Below, in pieces: positions 19,984-27,835 of a DNA stretch of 64,000 nucleotides (position 1 is the stretch's first letter; each line of letters opens with the position of its first letter). The notes below the pieces were generated by a model. That model was not told the origin of the DNA. It saw only the letters and a list, made by a program, of their open reading frames with translations, and ran no database searches. The DNA lies in assembly GCA_017454765.1 (NCBI GenBank), contig JAFTCJ010000017.1, positions 569-64,568 of the forward strand, given 5' to 3'. The DNA comes from Erysipelotrichaceae bacterium (lineage in GTDB: Bacteria > Bacillota_I > Bacilli_A > Erysipelotrichales > Erysipelotrichaceae). The translations under genes were made by a program, and so were the position numbers.

Positions 19984-21819
19984 TTATCCGTTCTTTTTGT
20001 CGCTCAGAATATAATTGATCTTTTCCACGATCGCCTTGTCGGCGTCGCAGTAATAGACTTTCTTATCCGATCCGTATTCCTTAAACAGATCATTGACCAT
20101 TCTCTCGCAGTCATACAGTTCCTCATTGCTGACGATCGCCGGATGCAGTTTCAGCTCGGGATCGTTTGCCCGCCTGCCGTCATATTTCTTAATGATGGCA
20201 GCGGTCTGTTCCCTGTTGGCCTGACGCCAGCCATGCACTCTTTCATAAGCCGACCAGCGGTCATGTTCGGCATCCGCCATCTTCTGCAGATTCTTTTCAT
20301 CGGAAAGCCACTTTGTGATAAACTCTTCATCACTTAAGGAATCATCATCCTTGAAAGAGAGGATATATCTCTGCTTGAAGCATAAAGCCAGTGCTTCTGC
20401 AAAAGAAGCTTCCTGATTCTGATAACGGTAGAAACCTGTTTCTTCCAGTATCTTTTCCTGATCTTCCTCATCCTGTTTGGAGAGATAAGACAGGTGAACG
20501 CGCTTGGCTGCTTCCTCCAGTTTCGGAGTGATCAGCTTGCTGTAGGTGAAGAAAGACTTCGTCTCACCGAAGAGGATGATGTCTTCCTCTTTGATGATCC
20601 TGTGCAGGTCGCTGTTTTCGATGCGGCAGAAGATCTTCGGAGATTTGAGTTCCCTGTTTCTGGCCACCAGGTCGCGGCGGATCCGTGCAGCCGTCTCATA
20701 GGCTGCCTCATCATCCTCATAAAGGACGAAGACGATGTCCGGGTCGGGAAGACTGTCGAATGCATCACTCTCTTTTCCATACGGACAGTTGAAGACTTTC
20801 AGATCATAGCGGTCTCCTTCCGGTGCCTGTCTGCGGAATTCGTCATACAGAGCAGAAGCTTTGGGACCGATCATTGAGACGATCGGACTGCTCTCGGGTC
20901 TGATCAGCAGACACAGCAGGTCTTTGACGAAACCGATCGCCGCATCGCTGTCGCAGATCACTGCTGCATGGCAATCAGCCTTGGAAGCAGCCTCGTCCAT
21001 GCATAAGAACATGCCTTCGACTGCCAGGGAATGCTTCTCGTCGATGTGACGCAGGAAGACTTCATCGGCATACTGCTTGTCCAGATTCAGGATCAGCTCT
21101 CTCTGATCATCGCCCGCAAAGACTCTGACGATGACTTTCTTGGGATCGTAGTTCTTATGCTTCCTGACCCGATTGCAGAAACAGGCGGCCGTGACCACGC
21201 TTTCGTGATCATCCTCTTCCAGCATGTAGAACTCGTAGTACTTGTTCTTTTTCAGATGGATCTGATCGATCGTCGTATTCAGACACAGGGCATTCATCTC
21301 CCTGGCTTCATTCTTGAGATATTCGTCGCATTCTTCGCAGTTGCAGAATATCAGCATACCGCCGATCTTTTCATCGACGATGCTTCTGGCGATCATCATC
21401 GATCTTTCGTTTAAAGAAGAGAAGACGTGGAAACGTTTCTTGCCGAAGAAAGAGATCGCACTTCTTAATGTTGAGGAGAAAGAGAAAAGAAACATGGAGC
21501 CGGCCAGAGGACCGATGATGTAGAGGAAATAAAGAAAAGTCCTGTAAGCCAGAAATTCATTCCGTTCCATTTCCAGCTCATAGGGAATGCTGCCGTTGAC
21601 GCCCATGGCGATACCGGAAATACCGGCACGGATGGATTCAATGACGGCGATCGGCAGATCGTCATCCAGATGATAATACGGAAAGACCAGGACCGTGATC
21701 GCCAAAGACAGCGCAGCCGATAAAGCCAGTGTCCTTGAACGGAAATCCTCATCCTTGCCGAAGACACGCCATATTCCATACAGCGTGATCACAAATGCAG
21801 CAGCCATATATTTCCACAT
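19984..21819 (-). CDS. multi-TM protein with large cytoplasmic region ending in a RyR-like domain
   Basis: 611 aa with about 4 N-terminal TM segments. The C-terminal string AEHDRWSAYERVHGWRQ...KLHPAIVSNEELYDCER matches the ExxRW...GW...HPxlVpyeeL pattern of RyR (PF02026-type) domains. Its stop is 6 nt from the lipoprotein start. Confidence 0.6.
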   Translation of the reverse strand: MWKYMAAAFVITLYGIWRVFGKDEDFRSRTLALSAALSLAITVLVFPYYHLDDDLPIAVIESIRAGISGIAMGVNGSIPYELEMERNEFLAYRTFLYFLYIIGPLAGSMFLFSFSSTLRSAISFFGKKRFHVFSSLNERSMMIARSIVDEKIGGMLIFCNCEECDEYLKNEAREMNALCLNTTIDQIHLKKNKYYEFYMLEEDDHESVVTAACFCNRVRKHKNYDPKKVIVRVFAGDDQRELILNLDKQYADEVFLRHIDEKHSLAVEGMFLCMDEAASKADCHAAVICDSDAAIGFVKDLLCLLIRPESSPIVSMIGPKASALYDEFRRQAPEGDRYDLKVFNCPYGKESDAFDSLPDPDIVFVLYEDDEAAYETAARIRRDLVARNRELKSPKIFCRIENSDLHRIIKEEDIILFGETKSFFTYSKLITPKLEEAAKRVHLSYLSKQDEEDQEKILEETGFYRYQNQEASFAEALALCFKQRYILSFKDDDSLSDEEFITKWLSDEKNLQKMADAEHDRWSAYERVHGWRQANREQTAAIIKKYDGRRANDPELKLHPAIVSNEELYDCERMVNDLFKEYGSDKKVYYCDADKAIVEKINYILSDKKNG

Positions 21820-21886
21820 GATTTTTTCTTCTCCTTCTTATCCTTTTCTATATTATACACCGTGGCTGACAACAGACAGGGTCCCG

Positions 21887-21914
21887 TTCAAAATACTCCA
21901 AAATCCGATATAAT
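21887..21914 (+). promoter_or_regulatory. candidate sigma-70-type promoter of the TIR gene
   Basis: TTCAAA, 16 nt, TATAAT, about 40 nt upstream of the AAAGGAG RBS. A divergent TATAAT for the minus-strand operon lies at about 21851-21856. Confidence 0.4.
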
Positions 21915-21954
21915 GATTTTAGAAAGAAAACGAAGATTGTCAAAGGAGTCGCTT

Positions 21955-23991
21955 ATGGCAGAAAAAGTATTCATCAGTTATTCCCATCAGGACAGTTCCT
22001 GTGCCCAGGGCATCGCCCGCTATCTGGAAAGACACGGCTGTGAAGTCTGGATCGATTCACAGGATCTTTCTGTCGGCGAAAAATGGGCCAGCAGCATCGA
22101 AACAGCCTTAAGTGAAGCGGAAGTCGTCGTCGGTCTTCTTTCCTCATCTTCCCTGCGCCGGGATGAAGTGCTTAAAGAGATCTCTTATTCTCTGAAACGC
22201 ATGGAAGAGGAAGGAACGGAAAACTTCCGTGTCTTCTTTGTCGTCATCGGCCAGATCCATCCGTCCTGGTTCAAGGATGATGAAAGAGTCGATATGATCA
22301 GAAGATATCTGGGCCAATACCAGTATGTCGAACTCAGCGCCTATGGTGAAGTGACGATCGACGCGATGAAGAAACTGCTGTCAGCCATCCGTCACAAAGG
22401 CATCGAAGAAGGAAGTCTGAATCTTTCCTTAAGCAATCAGAACGGCTTCATCAACCAGAATTCCCTGCCGGAGAAGACCTTTGACAACCTGGGCAACAAC
22501 ATCTTCTATAAAGTATTCCCGGCCGACCTGGCTCCTTCAGCCGTCTATCCCTTTGCGATGGACAACCAGTGGCTGCCTGAGGTCTTCTATGACAGAAAGA
22601 GCGATCTTTCCAAGGCTTTTGAAAAAGAAGGTTTCACCTCAGCTCAGGTCCTGGAATACCTGACCGAATTCAAATGCCGCAATTTCATCCTGTCCTTCTT
22701 CCAGTTCAAACAGGTCGTCATCAAACTGAATACGATCCTGTATGAACCCTATTTCCAGAAACTCATTCAGACGGAAGATGCAGACAGGGACGCTTTTGTC
22801 AAACTGCTGGAAAACGGCAGCATTACCCTTCTGCTCAACAACAAGCAGATGACGCCTTTCCTGCATCACAAGAGCAGCAAACCTGATCAAGGCAGGATCG
22901 ATGAAGCCTGGAACGACATCTGCGATGATACATCCGTCTACTGCATCAGGGAAAACTGGGCATCGACATCCGATCAGCACAGCATGGACTTCTTAAGGTT
23001 CTGTTCCAACCTGGCGATGGACCACAACAATAATATCCTCCTGGCCCAGGCCATGCATCTGGACGAAAGCCAGATCAATGCTTTCCTGGTCACGTTGAAG
23101 ACCATCTCCATGCAGGCCTTCTGTCAGACACACATGAACGGCACCCAGGCCCAGGACAAAGTCGATGACTACAGCCGCACCCTCTTCTATGAGAATTACA
23201 TCGTCAGAAACGGCGATGAGAATATCGAGGATGCGGTCTACAAGTGCCGCTTTGATCAAAACAAACCGTTCCATCACGAACTCAAGCGCCTGATCGATAT
23301 CTACTATAACTCCATCTTCTGCAACACCCTGCAGTGTGATGCCCTGTTACCGGATGATCTTCGTCCCGAGAACTATTACCTGCATTCCCTGTACATCTCC
23401 AACGGCGAGAAAGAGGTCAGTATCGAGGAACTGCAGTATGCCTTCTCCGAATTCTTCGCGAACTGCGAAGTCCTGGATGAGATCGAAGCGATCGGTTCCA
23501 ATCTCTATCTGGAAAACTGGGATCTGACCAGAGTCGTTGAACTCAGGGACAAGGAAGCCTGGTATGAATATGTGGAACTCCTGGAAATGATCAACCGCCG
23601 TTCCAATCTCTGGAAAGTCGATTTCAATGAAATAGAACTCTTATTGCAGAGACTTCTGAGATGTTTCGACGAGAGACCGGACAAGGCAGCCGACAGGGAT
23701 ATCGCCTGCAGTTTCCGTGTCATGGTCGGATCGAAAGTACTGGATATCGTCAAGACAAACAAAGTCTCCAAGATCAAGGAATACGGCGGATCCTATGCCG
23801 ATCCGGGCAAGATCCCTCTCAAAGTCCTCTTCTGTGTCGGAGACCTGACCAGAGAAAACAGGAAAGACATCATCTTCCTGCCGGTCACTCTTTTTGACGG
23901 AAGGATCGATACTTCCGACGGAGACGGTTTCTTCAACAAACTCAAGGAATTCATACTGAAACAGTGTGACTTCGTTCTGATCAATCAGTAA
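21955..23991 (+). CDS. TIR-domain protein (N-terminal ~140 aa) with an unassigned ~530-aa C-terminal region
   Basis: ORF 21862..23991. Preferred start is MAEKVFISYSHQDS (ATG 21955, RBS AAAGGAG). The TIR_2-like pattern is FISYSHQD...GCEVWIDSQDLSVGEKW...AEVVVGLLSSSSLRRDEVLKEI. I recognise nothing in the rest. Confidence 0.8.
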   Translation: MAEKVFISYSHQDSSCAQGIARYLERHGCEVWIDSQDLSVGEKWASSIETALSEAEVVVGLLSSSSLRRDEVLKEISYSLKRMEEEGTENFRVFFVVIGQIHPSWFKDDERVDMIRRYLGQYQYVELSAYGEVTIDAMKKLLSAIRHKGIEEGSLNLSLSNQNGFINQNSLPEKTFDNLGNNIFYKVFPADLAPSAVYPFAMDNQWLPEVFYDRKSDLSKAFEKEGFTSAQVLEYLTEFKCRNFILSFFQFKQVVIKLNTILYEPYFQKLIQTEDADRDAFVKLLENGSITLLLNNKQMTPFLHHKSSKPDQGRIDEAWNDICDDTSVYCIRENWASTSDQHSMDFLRFCSNLAMDHNNNILLAQAMHLDESQINAFLVTLKTISMQAFCQTHMNGTQAQDKVDDYSRTLFYENYIVRNGDENIEDAVYKCRFDQNKPFHHELKRLIDIYYNSIFCNTLQCDALLPDDLRPENYYLHSLYISNGEKEVSIEELQYAFSEFFANCEVLDEIEAIGSNLYLENWDLTRVVELRDKEAWYEYVELLEMINRRSNLWKVDFNEIELLLQRLLRCFDERPDKAADRDIACSFRVMVGSKVLDIVKTNKVSKIKEYGGSYADPGKIPLKVLFCVGDLTRENRKDIIFLPVTLFDGRIDTSDGDGFFNKLKEFILKQCDFVLINQ

Positions 23992-24017
23992 AGGCTGCCG
24001 AAGCAGCCTTTCTTTTA
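23991..24017 (+). terminator. rho-independent terminator after the TIR gene
   Basis: AAGGCTGC-CGAA-GCAGCCTT followed by TCTTTTAT, starting right after the stop codon. Confidence 0.75.
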
Positions 24018-24037
24018 TATTCATTGAGATAACAGAT

Positions 24038-25768
24038 TTAATCTTTATCGACCAGATCCGAAACTACTTCAACGATATCCTTTGCTCCGCTGATACCGGC
24101 GCTGTGTTCATGGGCACCTGCCTCCTTGTCGACAGCTCCCTTGATGGAATCGATGTCATCCACCAGACCGGCAACGGATGCGACTGTATCCAGACCGAGA
24201 ATCGAAGCAATATCGGAAATGATGGTGGCCGTCTCACTGACACCGATCTCTTCGCTTTCCAGCGTGGACTTGATGTCCTTTCCGGAAGTGTAGACATCGA
24301 TGACCTTGGAAACACCTGGGATGCCTAAAAAGTCAGCGACAGCTCCGATGTTGCTTAAAGATTCATCGGACTTGATATCCGGTTTCAAAATCGGCAGGAT
24401 GAACTTCATCAGGATCTCGTTTTTCTCTGACCCGTAAGGAAGATAGTTGACGATCATCTTGTCCTTAATGCGATTGTCGAGCTTTCTCTTGTGATCCTTG
24501 ATGAACTCATCAGTCGTCACGACAGCGACATCTGTTTCTGCCAGAGCTTCTTTCTTCTGTTTCAGGAGCTCTTCATATCTTTCTTCACTTAAAACATCAA
24601 TAATAACCAGATCAGGTGAATCCTCTTCCACCTTTTCTTCGATCTCACCGTTGTCACAGGTACTGATGACAAGGTGTTTCTTACTCTTCAGTACATTCAC
24701 AAGATCTTCATCCTTGCTGGCGACAAGGATCGACTTGTCTTCAATGGAAGGTTTCTCAAACTCTTTCACTTTCTTGGCCGCCTCTTTCAGCAGCTGTGCC
24801 GCCTTGCGTTTTCTCAGATACATCCACAGACCGCCTAATACAGCAGCGATACCTGCACCTCCCACCGCAATGATAGGTGTCGGATCTTTTCTTGCCAGAA
24901 CATGAGAAAGCACATGGCCGCAGTAATAGCAGGTCTTTGTTTCAAGACCCTCTTCCAGATAACTGGGTTCTTTCTCCAAAGTCCACTCCTTGGGATACTT
25001 ATGTCCGGCTGGCAGGATCTTTTCTTTCCATGATTCTCCGCAGCGCTTACATAACGCTTCTCTTTCGCCTTCTTCTTCACAGGTCGGAGCTTTGAGAATG
25101 GTGTATTCCAGATCATGACCTAAAGCAGGATAGATGTCATCGACTACCATTCCGCAGCGTTTACAGGTTCCCTTCTTGTATCCGTCCTCCGTACAGGTAG
25201 CTTCTTTTTCATCATATTCGATATCATGACCGAGAGCTTCTATGGTTTTGGTATAGCTCTTATCACATCTGGTACAGGTATATGTCCTGACACCGTCTTC
25301 CTCGCAGGTCGCTTCCTTAGTGACTTTGGATTTATAGTTATGGCCTAAGGCTGCGATGGTTTCCGTATAACTGTCTCCGCAGCGCGAACACTCAAACAGT
25401 TCTGTTCCGGTCTCGGTGCAGGTCGCTTTTTTTGTGACTTTTGATGTATAGCTGTGACCGAGTGGAGGAGCATAAACGGTGCCTCCGTTATAAGGAGAGT
25501 TGTCCTGCATCGTGTGCGCGGCAGTATTATAACAGTATACTTCCGCATAGCTTCCTTCCGTACAGGTCGGAACGTTACTGGAAATAAAACTATACTGTAA
25601 CGGCTGGCCGCACCATGGACAGTTTCCGAAATCATAAGCATTTGCTCTGTGCACATGAACATGAAGAGGTTTTTCATAGTCTTCGTGCTCTTCATCATGA
25701 AATACCGCAAACGATATGCTGCTGAACACCAAAAGGAATATAACAATCTTAATTAATTTCTTTTTCAT
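24038..25768 (-). CDS. single-pass membrane receptor-like protein, paralog A
   Basis: 576 aa. In order it has: a signal/anchor, the His-rich stretch FHDEEHEDYEKPLHVHVH, about five C-x9-C-x2-C-x12-H repeats, a TM (IIAVGGAGIAAVLGGLWMYL then RKRK), a receiver-like cytoplasmic domain and an acidic conserved tail. Confidence 0.75.
   Translation of the reverse strand: MKKKLIKIVIFLLVFSSISFAVFHDEEHEDYEKPLHVHVHRANAYDFGNCPWCGQPLQYSFISSNVPTCTEGSYAEVYCYNTAAHTMQDNSPYNGGTVYAPPLGHSYTSKVTKKATCTETGTELFECSRCGDSYTETIAALGHNYKSKVTKEATCEEDGVRTYTCTRCDKSYTKTIEALGHDIEYDEKEATCTEDGYKKGTCKRCGMVVDDIYPALGHDLEYTILKAPTCEEEGEREALCKRCGESWKEKILPAGHKYPKEWTLEKEPSYLEEGLETKTCYYCGHVLSHVLARKDPTPIIAVGGAGIAAVLGGLWMYLRKRKAAQLLKEAAKKVKEFEKPSIEDKSILVASKDEDLVNVLKSKKHLVISTCDNGEIEEKVEEDSPDLVIIDVLSEERYEELLKQKKEALAETDVAVVTTDEFIKDHKRKLDNRIKDKMIVNYLPYGSEKNEILMKFILPILKPDIKSDESLSNIGAVADFLGIPGVSKVIDVYTSGKDIKSTLESEEIGVSETATIISDIASILGLDTVASVAGLVDDIDSIKGAVDKEAGAHEHSAGISGAKDIVEVVSDLVDKD
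24900..25470 (-). repeat. in-frame ~37-codon repeat array (ATCxExG-x5-CxRC-x9-ALGH) in paralog A, about 5 copies
   Basis: For example ATCEEDGVRTYTCTRCDKSYTKTIEALGHDIEYDEKE followed by ATCTEDGYKKGTCKRCGMVVDDIYPALGHDLEY. Confidence 0.8.
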
Positions 25769-25831
25769 ATGACATCGCTCCAGATAATATTATTTTCTCA
25801 CAAACAAGAAACCAATTGGGATGTTTTGAGT

Positions 25832-25862
25832 CAATAAAGGAAAGGCTGCTTCTGCAGCCTTT
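25832..25862 (-). terminator. hairpin/weak terminator between the two paralogs
   Basis: Minus strand: AAAGGCTGC-AGAA-GCAGCCTTT followed by CCTTTATT. Confidence 0.5.
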
Positions 25863-25891
25863 GGTATTTGTGTAATGCTGATTTGTTTTTA

Positions 25892-27685
25892 TCAGTCTTT
25901 GTCGATCAGATCCGACACTACATCAACGATATCCTTTGCGCCGCTGATGCCGCCTTTATGCTCATAGGCACCGGCTTCTTTATCTGTTGCAGCTTTGATG
26001 GAATCGATATCATCCACAAGACCAGCCACAGATGCAACGGTATCTAATCCAAGAATTGATGCAATATCTCCGATAATTGTAGCTGCTTCACTTGTACCGA
26101 TTTCTTCACTCTCCAGAGTAGCCTTGATATCTCTGGCGGATACATAGACATTGATGACTTCGGAGATGCCCGGAATGCCTAAGAAGTCTGCCGCTGCTCC
26201 GATATTGCTTAAAGATTCATCGGACTTGAGATCCGGTTTCAGGATCGGCAGGAAAAACTTCAACATGACCGAGATCTCATCCGGTTTATAAGGAAGATAA
26301 TTGATGATCGTCTTATCCTTGACACGGTTGTTGAGTTTTCTCTTATGATCCTTGATGAACTCGTCTGTCGTCATGACGGCGATGTTCTGCTCTGCCAAAG
26401 CTTCCTTCTTCTGTTGCAGAAGCTCGTCATATCTTTCTTCACTTAAGACATCCATGATGATCAGATCAGGTGAATTTTCTTCTGCCGTTTCCTCAATCTC
26501 ATCATCTTCACAGGTACTTACTTCAAGGAAGGACTTGTTCTTGAGTATAGCCAGCAGATCTTCATCCTTGCTGGATACAAGAACGGATTTATCTTCAAAA
26601 GAAGGTTTCTCAAATCCTCTGAGTTTCTTTGCCGCTTCCTTGACCAGCTGTGCCGCTTTACGTTTCTTCAGATACATCCAAAGACCACCGCCTACGACCG
26701 CAGCGGTTCCGCCTGTTGTTACAACGATGGGAGCCGGGCTCTTCTTTGCAAGAATATGGGAAAGAACATTTCCGCAATAGTAACACGTCTTCGTTTCCAG
26801 ACCCTCCTCTGTATAAGAAGGCTCTTTCACAAGCGTCCACTCTTTCGGATACTTATGGCCTGCGGGAAGGATCTTTTCGTTCCATGTCTCGCCGCAACGC
26901 TTACAGGCAGCCTGACGTTCCCCTTCTTCTTCACAGGTCGCGGCTTTCAGTATGACATATTCAAGATCATGACCTAAAGCAGGATAGATGTCGTTCACTT
27001 CTTTGTTACATCTCTTGCAGGTTCCTTTCTTGTAACCATCTTCCGTACAGGTAGCTTCTTTCTCTTCGTATTCGATATCATGACCCAGGGCTTCGATTAT
27101 CTTGGTATACTCTTTTTTACATCTGGAGCAGGTATAAGTTCTTTCGCCTTCTTCTTCACATGTCGCTTCTTTGGTGACCTTGCTTTTATAGTTATGGCCT
27201 AAAGCTTCTACGGTTTCCGTATATGAATTACCGCAGCGGGTACATTCATAGTAATCCTCTCCGGATTGAGTACAAGTGGCTTCTTTAATGACCGTCTTGT
27301 TATAACTGTGACCTAAAGCAGGGATAGTCGTCTCACGCGGTTCTTCACAGCGGCTGCATCTTTCATGCCTTATTCCGTTTTTTGTACAGGTTGCAGGCTC
27401 TTCAGTTAACGTAAAATAGTCATGACCTAACGGGGGAGTTGTACCTGAGAACGAGTAGCCGCAACTGTCGCATACAGCAGTGAATGCCCCTGATTCGATA
27501 CAGCCGGAGTTATATCCTGTTGTAACTACCATTGTTCCTGTAGTACAACTTGGACACGTACCATATACATCTCCTGCCTCGTATGCATGCACATGGTGAT
27601 GAAGCTCTTCATCATGAAATGCAGCATAAGAAAAACTTCCGAACAGCACGATGAATATCAATAATTTGATAAAAACCTTTTTCAT
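25892..27685 (-). CDS. single-pass membrane receptor-like protein, paralog B (one extra repeat)
   Basis: 597 aa with the same architecture as paralog A. The N-terminus reads FHDEELHHHVH, there are about six Cys/His repeats, and the C-terminal 300 aa are nearly collinear with A. Confidence 0.75.
   Translation of the reverse strand: MKKVFIKLLIFIVLFGSFSYAAFHDEELHHHVHAYEAGDVYGTCPSCTTGTMVVTTGYNSGCIESGAFTAVCDSCGYSFSGTTPPLGHDYFTLTEEPATCTKNGIRHERCSRCEEPRETTIPALGHSYNKTVIKEATCTQSGEDYYECTRCGNSYTETVEALGHNYKSKVTKEATCEEEGERTYTCSRCKKEYTKIIEALGHDIEYEEKEATCTEDGYKKGTCKRCNKEVNDIYPALGHDLEYVILKAATCEEEGERQAACKRCGETWNEKILPAGHKYPKEWTLVKEPSYTEEGLETKTCYYCGNVLSHILAKKSPAPIVVTTGGTAAVVGGGLWMYLKKRKAAQLVKEAAKKLRGFEKPSFEDKSVLVSSKDEDLLAILKNKSFLEVSTCEDDEIEETAEENSPDLIIMDVLSEERYDELLQQKKEALAEQNIAVMTTDEFIKDHKRKLNNRVKDKTIINYLPYKPDEISVMLKFFLPILKPDLKSDESLSNIGAAADFLGIPGISEVINVYVSARDIKATLESEEIGTSEAATIIGDIASILGLDTVASVAGLVDDIDSIKAATDKEAGAYEHKGGISGAKDIVDVVSDLIDKD
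26758..27433 (-). repeat. in-frame ~37-codon Cys/His repeat array in paralog B, about 6 copies
   Basis: For example ATCTQSGEDYYECTRCGNSYTETVEALGHNYKSKVTKE followed by ATCEEEGERTYTCSRCKKEYTKIIEALGHDIEYEEKE. Confidence 0.8.
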
Positions 27686-27800
27686 GTGAAGTACCTCTCT
27701 ATTTTATTTTCTCATAAATAAGATGATTTCATCTGCCTTTTGCAGCTTATCTTACAAAAACAGCGATTCTGTAAAGTATGTCTTTCGTCAATTATGTTTT

Positions 27801-27829
27801 TTGCTTATTAACACGATGGCCTATATAAT
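27801..27829 (+). promoter_or_regulatory. candidate promoter TTGCTT-17 nt-TATAAT placing the transcription start at the ATG of the PnuC-like gene (leaderless)
   Basis: The -10 ends 6 nt before ATG 27836. There is no Shine-Dalgarno sequence upstream of that ATG. Confidence 0.45.
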
Positions 27830-27835
27830 ATTGAT

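Noticed and set aside
21955-23991. Assignment of the TIR gene to Thoeris, SPARTA, CBASS or Pycsar
   Set aside because: None of the required partners is within the window: ThsA-type SIR2/SLOG/macro, short pAgo with the APAZ context, CD-NTase or a pyrimidine cyclase. The C-terminal region shows no SAVED, STING or APAZ motif that I can recognise.
24900-27433. Possible CRISPR-like or non-coding tandem repeats
   Set aside because: The periodicity (about 111 nt) is in-frame inside long ORFs and is conserved at the protein level (Cys/His positions). There are no short direct repeats with unique spacers and no cas genes.
18880-27685. Mobile element or genomic-island boundaries around the TIR block
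   Set aside because: I found no integrase, transposase, tRNA target or flanking direct or inverted repeats. GC content looks similar to the surroundings except perhaps in paralog B, so mobility is not supported.
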